A stretch of 63,033 bases of DNA from Octopus bimaculoides (Eukaryota), in the NCBI RefSeq assembly GCF_001194135.2, contig NC_069001.1:24611977-24675009 (forward strand), given 5' to 3'. The position numbers and the translations under genes were made by a program. Positions 25,513-37,370 of this stretch are shown piece after piece. Under the pieces are notes generated by a model. That model worked only from the letters and a program-made list of their open reading frames with translations, had not been told where the DNA came from and searched no databases. The first letter of the stretch is position 1. The number at the start of each line of letters is the position of its first letter.

Positions 25513-26497
25513 TTAATAAAGATCAAGACGAGCAACATTCAGTCTTTTAGGCAGGGTAATCCCTGCAGCCCGGATTTTACATTTTGTGATTAATTTGACT
25601 TTTGCACATACCAAGCGGTGGTCAGTCCAACACTCAGCTCCACGAAAAACACGAACACACCGCACATCACGTCTGTCACGCATCCTAACAAGGATGTAAT
25701 CCAGAATATGCCACTCTTTAGATGCAGGGTGCATCCATGTGGTCTTAAACTTATTCTTTTGCTGAAACATGGTATTGGCAACACACAGACGCAGCTCCTC
25801 GCACATCTGCAGCAGAAGCATACCATTACTATTACACTTTCCCACCCCATGCTTTCCAATTACTGTCCATGTGTTAAAATCCCTACCCACTCTAGTATTA
25901 AAGTCACCCAGTACGATGACTTTGTCTGCCCTAGGGATGTTTCTTATAATGCCCTTCAAAGCANNNNNNNNNNNNNNNNNNNNNNNNNNNNNNNNNNNNN
26001 NNNNNNNNNNNNNNNNNNNNNNNNNNNNNNNNNNNNNNNNNNNNNNNNNNNNNNNNNNNNNNNCTCACCAAGGTCACATAATTTCCTTTAACCAAAGGAA
26101 TTCTCATGGACATAAGCCGCTCATTAATCCCGACTGGGAATTCTTCCAACATGTCCACAAGAGTAAGTCTTAACAGCAAATGCCACTCCAGCCTCTCCTC
26201 TAAGCTCTTCATCTCTCCCTTTCCAAAAGAATGTATATCTTCCACAAGATTCTGTAAGATGACCATCTCCAGCCAGTCTCGTCTCAGACAAAGCAACGAT
26301 ATCAAGATCATAGCGTCGAAGCTCCTTCGCAAGAAGAGCAGTCCTGCGTTCAGGACATTCTGAGGACTTGCGGTCAAGCAGTGTCCGTACATTCCAACAG
26401 CCAATATTCAGTATTTTATTTGGTTCTATCACAGTAGCATGATGACGGCCGGGTTCAGACTGTGATGCTTTGGATACCCTACCGGGCCAGACGCTTT
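25513..26497 (-). mobile_element. RTE/BovB-like LINE 5' portion: APE endonuclease, frameshifted, RT absent
   Basis: IGCWNVRTL...RRTALLAKELRRYDLDIVALSETRL...YTFFWKG...GVAFAV; ERLMSMR; LGDFNTRVG...GVGKCNSNG..LL; TWMHP.SK.WHILDYILVR; WTDHRLV. Frameshift near 26170 and a gap at 25964-26063. Confidence 0.92.
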
Positions 26498-26631
26498 CAT
26501 CTGATGTGGTTAAATAGACTACAGCAACGTCAGTTGAAAGTGCTTTGCTTAAGAAGACAACGTATTGCCGGGTGAAGCATTTCTTACGTTCGTGAATTCA
26601 ATACCCTAACTTCTAAGTCACGCGCCTCCAC
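26498..26631 (-). mobile_element. Decayed family D SINE head (tRNA + CORE-like) directly upstream of the RTE fragment
   Basis: Minus strand gtggaggcgcgtgacttagaagttagggtattg...gttgtcttcttaagcaaagcacttt...gttgctgtagtc aligns by eye with 23148-23290. Confidence 0.7.
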
Positions 26632-28487
26632 ATATAAACGTACACACAAATATATATACAAACTTATACACACACACATGCCCCACCCCCACACATATAT
26701 AGACAAGTTTCCACATCATGGTTGGTAGGGATATAGAATAAAAGTGGGAACCGTATTGGCTTGCACTCGCTATAAGTACACATGAAAATGCAAAGTTTGC
26801 AGTCTGCATTGTTAAATTGCTGCAGATACATATGTGAAGGCGCAGAAAGGAAAAGAAGTAATTAAATGCTGAATAAAACTGGATACAAAGCTCTATTCTC
26901 CTTTATTATAAGTTCATTATANNNNNNNNNNGTGTGTGTGTGTGTGTGTGTGTGGTGTGTGTGTGTGTGTATATAAATATATATATGCATATATGTGCAT
27001 ATATAAATAAATACATATTTATATATACACACACAAACATACATATACATTTACACACATACGTACACAGATACATATACGCATAATCATATGCAAATAC
27101 ATTCATTTCCGTCTTTGTTTAAGGCGTTTGTTTGTTTTTTCCCTGCAGCTTCATTTTGTTTCCCAGTTGTAAGTGTTTCTCTTCGTTTACATCATAAAAG
27201 TTTTAAGAAAATTGTGGATGTCGCAAAATCTCATTTCCTCCTTCCCCAATAAATATGAAATGTTGTCTATTGAAGAGATCATCGTGTCATTTCACTTTAA
27301 CATTTCTCAGATGGAAACCATCATGAAAAGCAAGAAAAAACATTACAAATGTTAAATATTTTAAAATGAAAACAATATTATTGTTCATCCGACTTTTTTG
27401 TTTATTAATTTATTTTATTTAATTCATGAAACAAATTGTTTTACTGCGTATTATCTTGTTTACTAAATTTCCACTTAATAAGAAATGAATCAAAATCTTA
27501 AGCTCTGCTGACCTTTGCTTGTCTAAAATAATGAATTCTACATCTCAGCTCTTTCTCTTCTTTCTTCTTGTTTAACTTCATCAACAACTTTGATTTCTTT
27601 TATATTTTGATATGACAGTCAAAAAGTGTTATATTGCAGAAATTTATCTTATACGTTTTTCTTTGCTAATCAATGATAATTCTTGGATTTTTCATGTCTT
27701 TCTCCCTTTATCTTGAGTTATTGCATTTATTTGCTTACGTTGATTAATTTAAACTGGAAATAAAATTTTAAAAAAGCAACAAAAGAAGCCATCAATTGAA
27801 ACAGATTTTGTGCATTTTGACTTTCATATTTCTTTGTTATCTTATTAAAATATTTGATTAAAGGTAATGAATGATGCATTGTTTAGATAGCGACCTTGAC
27901 TGCTCGTATAGGGACAAAACATTCCCTTGGGCATAAAATCTCTAATACATAAACATGTGTCCACGTTTTTTAAGTCTAACAATGTTTGGTAGGAATACCC
28001 CACACAACTGATAAGAACAGTTTCATCGCAGTCCTAAAAAATCCTCTGATTAGCAACCCCTGTAGTGTAACTTTCCTCAATGATAGCTGACTCTGGTTAT
28101 TTTAAAACTAAGAACAGATCCAACAGAGTGATATATAGATACTTAACCTGCTTTATCAAGCGCCTAAAACTTACTCTATGTTTTTAAGAAACAAAATTTT
28201 ATAATAATGTTTCATATACATCTATTAAGATACAAAAAAATTTGACTGACATTCTAAAGGAATAATTCTTTTGATCAGATGCCACTTAACGTAACCTCAC
28301 CAAACTAGAGCTAAATTTAACTATAATAAAGAAGAATAGCAAATATAACCAATGTTTGGGAACTGTATTCTAGTTTTATAGTCTTTTGTTTTCATATTTT
28401 TCATTGAGTTCTACTCAGTTTATTCGGAAATGTAAAGTTGCCATGTATATAATCTACTTTCCTAGATATTCATAGTCTAATTTTCAG

Positions 28488-28557
28488 GTGATGTAATGAT
28501 GGATTGCTTTCGCCTCTATAGAGCAAGGAGGGCCAACCTCATTTATGCAGGTTTTAA
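28488..28557 (+). CDS. Candidate coding exon (70 nt), product unknown
   Basis: Acceptor ctaattttcag|, donor AA|gtgagt, only one frame open: (G)DVMMDCFRLYRARRANLIYAGF. More GC-rich than its flanks. Confidence 0.35.
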
Positions 28558-30097
28558 GTGAGTTTGTTACCATTAAACTTATACATCATTTACGTGTTTA
28601 GTCTTATTAGTGATTGTTATACGCCGTCGCTGTATATACTCTTTAGAATTATTCTGCGTTAATGAGTGGTAGTTCTTTCATCAATCATCTATTTTTGTGA
28701 GGACTTCTGTAATATACAGGTGTAATAATTGTTAAATTTATTCCGTTTAGCTTTGTTTATGATATTTACTGAAGTGCATTGTAATTCCGATTTGTGGGAG
28801 TATACTATATTTGCAGTGTGTCGGTCAACAGGACTGACGGAATTACATAACTAACAACATACTCGTTTTCAACTGAATTTATAAATCAAAGTGGTCATTA
28901 ATGCCATGCTTACAGATTTACATGTTTGTGTTTTTAAATAATTATGATTTAAATGGTTTATAGTATATTATTAGTATTTGTTTATGGCTTCGTGGATACC
29001 TTTTACGACCTGAATTAAGAGGTTTCCGATTTTATGTTCATCTGTTCTTGAGCTAATTTGCATTTGATTTATGGAATATATGTTGTATCTAATTTGTACA
29101 CTTTTAATAGGTTTACTGTGTGATGTCTTTATTACATTTACTTCGTGTTTGGTCAATTAGTTTGAATACACATCGTTGATAAATATCTTTTTTGTTATTT
29201 TGTAATTTTTAAAAATCAGTTGCTTCTTTTATAGAGAATAAAAATGCTTTTCTTGCTGGAAATTTAACACCCGACATTTTGTATCTAAGTGGCCATTCAT
29301 TTTAGACTTGAAAGTATATCGATGTACTTACATTTTTATATAGGAAAACATGACGTTGCTCAATTTCATGAATAGAAAATGGAGTCATTGTATCATCAGT
29401 TGATTTATTTGTCTAAATCAGCAAACGAAATTTTAGTACGAAACTCTTTTTTAGGACTTCATTTAATTTCTCGGTATCATGAAATTAGCTGAAACAGTTT
29501 CATTCAAAAATATATTCACACTAAAATTCACTTCTCAGAACAATATAAATCTGTCATACAAATACGATAATTCTATTTCTACACACAAAACATTCTGTTC
29601 TGGATACTTTGCAAAAGTGACTGATTCGAATGTTCAATAAGCATAAGGTAAGAGACATCTGATATATTCTACTGACGACGGGAAAAATAATTTGTATTAT
29701 TAAACCAGAGATCGGACGATTTAGAATTAACCTCAGAATTTTACTAAATCTATTTTATTCTGTTGCTCGCTTTCTGCCTTTCGATAATGGAATGTAATCT
29801 GAAGTGGTTTTTACAGTCTTTTGACGTCTATCTGTAGCACGTAGGTGTTGTTTTTCAGTACCCTTAATTATAATTATATCTATATAATTATATATTTATA
29901 TTAATGTTTACCTATATGGTTTTTATTGCATGTTGGCCACTGATAAGATCATTGATTTTATCCATAATTATGTATATAATCCTTAATTATATTATCCTTA
30001 TTTATGCATATATGTATGCAAATGAGAGAGAAAGAGGGAGAAATATTAGCCAACACTACTTAAATAGTTGTAAATATTTTGTCGTTTAATGCAGTAC

Positions 30098-30334
30098 CTC
30101 TGTGAATATTAGGGTGTTTAAATATGTTAACTTCACTCATCCGTTGAGAATCATGAAACCGTACGCTTTCTTTAACTATCCAGAATGTTACTGCTAATAA
30201 AATAATTATCCCCAATAGCTTCATTATATCAACTCGGTTTATTTGCATATGTAGTGAGGTTTTTGCAGCCAGTTCGATGAATACTGCTAATGCACCAGCA
30301 ATGAAGCCCTCGAATGTAGATGATTTTTCCTTTA
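30098..30334 (-). CDS. Candidate exon (phase 1/1, 78 codons) with two hydrophobic segments
   Basis: gatcag|...KEKSSTFEGFIAGALAVFIELAAKTSLHMQINRVDIMKLLGIIILLAVTFWIVKESVRFHDSQRMSEVNIFKHPNIHR|gtactg. Splice sites are only moderate. Confidence 0.25.
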
Positions 30335-30439
30335 CTGATCATGAATATATTGTATAAAAGACAAGTTGACTCAATCTGACTATACAGAGAGTATTGTAGT
30401 GACTTAGAGGTATATACTATTGTACAGCACAGCAATAAA
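30269..30439 (+). CDS. Candidate terminal exon (28 codons, stop 30355-30357, AATAAA 30434-30439)
   Basis: Acceptor gaggtttttgcag|, frame SSMNTANAPAMKPSNVDDFSFTDHEYIV*, poly(A) signal 77 nt downstream. Overlaps the minus-strand candidate. Confidence 0.25.
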
Positions 30440-31239
30440 AGGAAACGCTTTTAATTCATATAATTTCTTAATCTCTCTAACAATCAAAATTAGTTTACAC
30501 ATGTAAATTAATGCATCTTATTACGCTTAGTAATAGTGGGTTTATATTAAATATCTCTATAAATAAACAGGTTGCCCCGGCGAGATGACAATCTCGCCCT
30601 ATTTTACATTCTGTACTCTTTATTTGCTGTGTAAAAAGAGAAGTTTTCTATATCTACACATACATAGCGTTGGTTAGATACTATTCATATATTCAATGGC
30701 AGAGTTTATCATTAAAACAAAACGCTGATGGCACACAAGTAATTTATTAATGAAACTAGTTGTCGAATACTTGTTATGCAAATCGGTCTATTCGATTTAT
30801 TGAAGCTCTTAGCAATAGTGGCTGTATAAGAAATATCTCTATTGATAGATAAAACTGCTAATCAGTCACTGAAGCATTGAAACTATTTAGGTTAAACTAA
30901 CATTTAGCTCTTCAAGGATATCGTACAAAAATAGTGACAGCATCTGTTTGTGAATAAAACTCATAAATACTCTCTGTACTACCGTATGTTTAAACATATA
31001 CATACTGTCCTTGTCTAACTCTCTAAAAGCATTTAATTAATGATATCAAGAGTAAGTTGTCTGGTACTTATTTCATGGTTCTCGTACGGTACGAAATTAC
31101 ATTACCATAAATTGTGAAAATTTAGTGAGACTGATATAAATGCATTGAATAATATAAATAGTGGATGAGATTTCCAAGAGCCTCCATCTCTTTCGAGAAG
31201 AAACGTTTGTAAAATTATTTGTGTGGACTAGATATGGCT

Positions 31240-31355
31240 TCGTTGGAATAAGTACTAGGCTTATAAGTACTAGGCTTATAAGAAATAAGTCCTGGGGTCG
31301 ATTAGTTCGACTAAAGGCGGTGCTCCAGCATGGCCGTAGTCAAATGACTGAAACA
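31240..31355 (+). mobile_element. SINE family C 3' fragment
   Basis: ataagtactaggctt (duplicated)...ctaaaggcggtgctccagcatggccgtagtcaaatgactgaaac. Confidence 0.8.
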
Positions 31356-32477
31356 AATATAGGAGTAACCTGAGGCTAGAACAGAAGTGCTGTATTATGA
31401 GATCAAACGCGGAACCACGCAGTTACAAAGCACATTTTTAACCACACACATTCGTGCGCCTAGTGATATCTTGAACTAATGAGCATGTAACTTACAAAAT
31501 TCTAATTAAAACAACGAAGCCGTATCTTGTCCACGCAAATAATTTTATAAACGTTTCTTTATTTTTTAATGTAATCAAATCGTTTTCGGAGAGTCACCTA
31601 CAAGTTTGTTACTATTTTTGGAGAATAAATCTTATCTGCGTGTTTTGGATCACTAATTCATATGATTTAAATTTAATACTCATTAAAAGAAATGTCTTGT
31701 AGTACAGAACTAGTGAAGGGAAACGAGATATCGTTAACAATTTTATTCCACATTCATTCCTCTGTTTCTGTCGTCTTTTTGCAAACTTATCCGACTGCTG
31801 ACGTTGAGGAGATTGAAATTTAACTTGGAGTTTTACAGCTTGATGTTTCGTAAGTAAAAGGTCAGGATTATATGGCTTTGCAAAGAGTTCTGGTTGTAAG
31901 AACAAAATACTGAACAAATACTTCAATCTGGAATGTATGTGGGACTGAGTAAAGATTATAATGAGAGAAGTGACAAACGCAACAAATGGAATGAAGTGGA
32001 GAAATTATAGTGATTGAAACACATCTCGAGTGTAGGTTAGTGTCTTTCTTTTAAAGTTCCCAGCCATCCTTGGTAGAGTAGAGCACTAGCTTAGCAGCTG
32101 TGATAACTACTGCTATGTATGTTGAAGATATTCTATTACGGCAGAATGGAAGAAACAAAGGAAACTTCCTTAAACTTCACAAATAATTTACTGTAACAAG
32201 AAGCAGATACGAGTTCAGCAACAGTATGCTTCATGTGAAGCAGTACATAAATGTGAGAAGTTACATACGAATTGGTCTTGTCGCATTCCGTGTGGGAAGA
32301 AGTATGAGAGAATTTCGTGCGGCTATAGGTTCGCTAGTAGAGTAAGCGCAAACCTTAGACTTGTCGTGTAACATGAGTAGCTTGCCACGAGCAGTTGCTA
32401 CTAGAAACCATTTCTGTAGTTTACGCCACGTGTAGGAATTACTGAATTGCTGGAGGCGCCACCTAGAAAACGAAATC

Positions 32478-32492
32478 TTTCTAGAATGTTCT
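32478..32492. promoter_or_regulatory. Heat-shock element (three inverted nGAAn units)
   Basis: tTTCtaGAAtgTTCt is a perfect HSF consensus. Confidence 0.65.
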
Positions 32493-32537
32493 ATGCCATA
32501 CTGGCTTTACTAGAAGAAACGTAGACCCGCTGTCCCT

Positions 32538-32557
32538 AGAACATTCTGGAACGTTTG
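32538..32557. promoter_or_regulatory. Heat-shock element (three perfect units plus one imperfect)
   Basis: aGAAcaTTCtgGAAcgTTTg. Confidence 0.65.
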
Positions 32558-32653
32558 TCAAGGGAGGTCACCGATGTTGAATCCCCTGGCTTTCGGAGGC
32601 CTGCAAATAGAGAAATGACAGGATCTGTTTTAATTACGTCATACCTACATGTC

Positions 32654-32659
32654 TATAAA
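32654..32659 (+). promoter_or_regulatory. TATA box
   Basis: cTATAAAt, about 97 bp downstream of the second HSE. Confidence 0.45.
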
Positions 32660-32807
32660 TTTAGTAGCGATACGGATACAATAAGAGAATTTGAGAGATT
32701 GTAAAGTCTCATGTTCGTTGGTCACACCCAGTGAGATTCAGCGCTGTAAAACCTATATTCTATATCTTGCCGGAGTGACTGAAACTTAATATTATTTAAG
32801 CGACAAA

Positions 32808-32939
32808 ATGCTATGTATTCAGTGGGGGATAATTTTGATGTTTTGCTTCAGGAGTTTAGAGAAAATTTACCCTGATGTGTTCAGTACGGAATATATCCGT
32901 TTGGGTGATAGCTATGTGCAGATTACTCTCTATGTCTGA
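32808..32939 (+). CDS. Candidate 43-aa small ORF downstream of HSE/TATA
   Basis: acaaaATG context; MLCIQWGIILMFCFRSLEKIYPDVFSTEYIRLGDSYVQITLYV*. The stop TGA overlaps AATAAA (32939-32944). Confidence 0.25.
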   Translation: MLCIQWGIILMFCFRSLEKIYPDVFSTEYIRLGDSYVQITLYV

Positions 32940-32984
32940 ATAAATGTACATAGGTGTAAATGAGAATAGGTATAACCATTAATT

Positions 32985-33372
32985 GTTGTTGTTGGCACTC
33001 CGTCGCTTACGACGTCGAGGGTTCCAGTTGATCCGATCAACGGAACAGCCTGTTCGTGAAATTAACGTGCAAGTGGCTGAGCACTTCACAGACACGTGTA
33101 CCCTTAACGTAGTTCTCGGGGATATTCAGCGTGACACAGTGTGACCAGGCTGACCCATTGAATTACAGGCACAACAGAAACAGGAAGTAAGAGTGAGAGA
33201 AAGTTGTGGTGGAAGAGTACAGCAGGGTTCACCACCACCCCATGCCGGAGCCTCGTGGAGTTTTAGGTGTTTTCGCTCAATAAACACTCACAACATCCAG
33301 TCTGGGAATCGAAACCGCGATCCTATGACCACGAGTCTGCTGCCCTAACAACTGGGCCATTGCGCCTCCACA
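32985..33372 (-). mobile_element. SINE family B, well-preserved copy
   Basis: Head gtggaggcgcaatggcccag and (AAC)n tail. Matches 1670-2052. Confidence 0.9.
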
Positions 33373-33814
33373 TAACCTCTAACAAATGTACAAATACTAA
33401 TTAATTAACAACAAATTAATCTATGCAACCACACACACACAGATATAAAGATAACATAACCTTGATGTCTAAAACCATATGAAGTTAGCAAATAGATAAA
33501 TGAGGACATGTGTTAACTAGACTTTGCATGAGTCATGTTTTTATAAATATTAATTTTAAGACCTTGGATATTTTTAATGTAACATTCAGACTTATTAAGA
33601 AAAATTTCAATCGCATACTAAACATGTTTCAATACTATATCCAGCAATAAAGTAAACAACTTCCCGTATATTCTTTGAACTCTCGTTCATGACTAGTGTA
33701 AAACTTTGCAATAAAATGTCATTACAGATGTATGTATATATATATGTGTGTGTATATGTGTGTGTATATGTGTGTGTATATGTGTGTATACATGTATATT
33801 CTCTTTTATACTTT

Positions 33815-34020
33815 TATTCTTTTACTTGTTTCAGTCATTTGAGTGCGGCCACGCTGGAGCACCACATTAAAAGGTTTTAGTCAAAGAAATCGACACCGGT
33901 ACTTATTCCTTGTAAGTCTAGTACTTATCCTATCTGCCTCTTTGGCCGAACCACTAAGTTACAGGGACATAAACATACCAGCATCGGTTGTCAAGCGATG
34001 ACGGACGGGACAAACCCAGG
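33815..34020 (-). mobile_element. SINE family C 3' part
   Basis: Reverse complement of the 14300-14455 tail, continuing into (TACA)n/(TG)n/(TA)n. Confidence 0.85.
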
Positions 34021-34036
34021 CACACATATACATACA

Positions 34037-34067
<31 letters not shown>

Positions 34068-34073
34068 GTATGC

Positions 34074-34105
<32 letters not shown>

Positions 34106-34114
34106 TTGTATACG

Positions 34115-34191
<77 letters not shown>

Positions 34192-34468
34192 GTATATACA
34201 TATATATTGTAAACATGACGCACAGGCATCTCTTATTTTTACAGAAACCATTAGTTATAAAAGACATTGGTAACTAATTACAGGAACTGTGCTATAAAGG
34301 CCCCGGTGAATGATCCTCTATCGTTGATGAAAATAAGCACACCGACAGGTAAAACTTTTGCCCAGTTAGACATTAATACTGGAAAATTTATTTTAAAAAT
34401 TCTCTTACAACATAACATGAATTCTAATGAACTTTACCCACTTTATCGGAAATACAAATAATAAGTAA

Positions 34469-35760
34469 ATAATCAAGAAAGTTTCAGTGCCCACAGAACA
34501 AAGGAATAAAATTATCCCTTTTGAAATAAATGGCGAATTATCGGTAACAGGTCGAGAAATTTGTTGTTTTTTGTAAGAATTGGGCGAATGTACGTTGATT
34601 ACACAAGAGTAAGAGCAAGTCTATTTAGAGCCAATTCAACAGCCGATAGATAGAAGATATACAATGACCCTTTTCATTAAGCATTTCAGATTAACAGGAA
34701 CTTTATATAAATATGAATCTAAATTACGTAACGATAGTTTGTGTACTGTAAATTATATTGGGCCGGCATTTGATACATCGATAACGCAAAAGGTATATCA
34801 TACCCGCAACAAATATGATTCGTCGACAGAAGAAAGGAAATGTTGTCAAGTTGTAGATGCCAGAGTAAATTCATATTTAAAGACTGGTTAGAACTAAAAA
34901 CGGTGGAAATACCTGATGGCATAAAATGCGGTGAAAATGATAATTAAGTAGCATCAGATATAACCATTCAACATCAAAGAATATTACAAATAAATCTTTT
35001 ATCGATTTGTGGTATAATATAACAGTACAGCAACTTAACAACCGAGGAATATACAAAATAAATATCCTTAGTAAGCTTATAATGTATCAATATAGGAAGT
35101 AGAAGCAACAAGTTAAAAGTAAGTATAAAAAAAACTAATGGATATTCTAAATAATTTAGCGTCTGAAGAAACAAAATGATATCTGACAGAAGAACTTCAT
35201 CAAAATAGGATATAAATGACGTAATCAACAGTCAGCAACAAGTAATTTACTAACCAACCAATGAATAAGCGCTAGGCAAATTATTGATTCCAGCGAAAAA
35301 GTCATAGCTTAGTAAAATAGGATGGTATTACGCATTGACTAAGTAAAGAGGTGATGGCAGCGAGTTGTTCAATGGTGAGCAATATAATTTTAGAATAACT
35401 TGGATAGTGTGTGAAAACTATTATCCAAATAAACAACAGCAAAGGCGGCCAGTTAAAAGGAGTATTATAGAAACAATCATCCAAACCCATCTTTGGGTTA
35501 TCTGATACAATATAATTAAGACTGAAAGATATTTCACAAGACGAGAATAATAATGATGACAAACAAGTAATGAAGTCTAGTGAAACAGGATATAACTTAG
35601 AAAAGCGGGATGACAACGTGTATTGGTCATGCTAATGTAGAAAGTCTGGGGGAATTGGCTCGTCATCAAAAATATATCGCTGAGCAATTTCAGAAACAAC
35701 ACCAAGAAAGGGATTTGAAAAACTATCCACTCGTAAGCAATGAGTATCTCGCAATTTTAC
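34469..35760 (+). pseudogene. Decayed long reading frame of unknown origin
   Basis: 34469-34891 is 141 codons with only two internal TAA stops in very AT-rich DNA. Further long open segments follow in shifted frames, including exon-like 35601-35732 (tag|KSGMTTCIGHANVESLGELARHQKYIAEQFQKQHQERDLKNYPL|gtaagc). Confidence 0.35.
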
Positions 35761-35860
35761 AAACTTTATGCAGTACTAAACCGAAAATTATGTTATTGCA
35801 TTTCTTTATTTTATGTGTATTTAAATATCTTTGATATATTAGTAATATTTATAGAAGCAA

Positions 35861-36410
<550 letters not shown>

Positions 36411-36412
36411 CA

Positions 36413-36485
<73 letters not shown>

Positions 36486-36486
36486 G

Positions 36487-36690
36487 TTGGTTAACTGGCA
36501 GAATCGGTAGCTCGCCATTCAATCATTAGCAATTCCGTCTTTAAACTCTGAGTTCAAATCCCACCGAGATCGGCTTTGCCTGCCATCCTTTCGGGGTCTG
36601 TGAAATAAGTACCAATTGAGTACTTGGTCTTTAATCGACTAGACCCTTCCCGCCAAATTTCAGGCTTTCTACCGTAATAGAAAGGATTAT
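36487..36690 (+). mobile_element. SINE family A
   Basis: actggcagaatcggtag...gagttcaaatcccaccgag...tttgcctgccatcctttcggggtc...aagtacc. Confidence 0.8.
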
Positions 36691-36694
36691 TATT

Positions 36695-37236
36695 GAGTGA
36701 GAGAGCAGTGCATGCCATCAAAGTGACACTGGAATAAAATATACAAAGCCCAATATATCCATCATGACTACACGTCTGATAAGGGTACACCAAGCACATG
36801 CATCACAACCGTATGTGCGTGACATGGTGATCTCATACAAAGATAAATAGCGCATGACCTTGCAGGTGGGGCCCAGTTAGAATTTCCTGCAGGTCGAGTA
36901 GCTCATTCCACTCAAACGCTCCCTGAATAAGGATTGTTTAAATATGTTGAACAAAACACCCATGTTTCCAAACGTGAATTATCCAAACCCCAAAGAATTC
37001 CTCTCAATACATGATTATGTTGCTCCTCCGCTACTTTTGCTCGTGATCTGAGATGCACATATCATCAGTCACTAAGGGACATGCTGAACTGGCTAAGGTC
37101 AGACAACTGACAAGCAAACTTGTGGTATTGAGCAGAATATTTGTTGTAGCCCATCGTTTGAACCAAGACAAAACAATGTATATAACACTTCCAATCCGTT
37201 AAGATTAGAAGCCATGAGAGCCACTGCCTGGTACCG
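36695..37236 (-). mobile_element. Family T retroposon, longest copy
   Basis: gagtgagagagcagtgcatgccatcaaagtgacactgg...gccatgagagccactgcctggtac, preceded by attattatt and followed by (TTC)n(TTA)n. Confidence 0.85.
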
Positions 37237-37251
37237 CTTCTTCTTCTTCTT

Positions 37252-37370
<119 letters not shown>

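Noticed and set aside
26430-26500. Possible HDV-like ribozyme in the RTE leader
   Set aside because: I could not identify the nested double pseudoknot or the catalytic J4/2 strand by eye.
32478-32552. 15-bp inverted repeat as a pre-miRNA
   Set aside because: The stem is short with a 45-nt spacer, and the symmetry is explained by two heat-shock elements.
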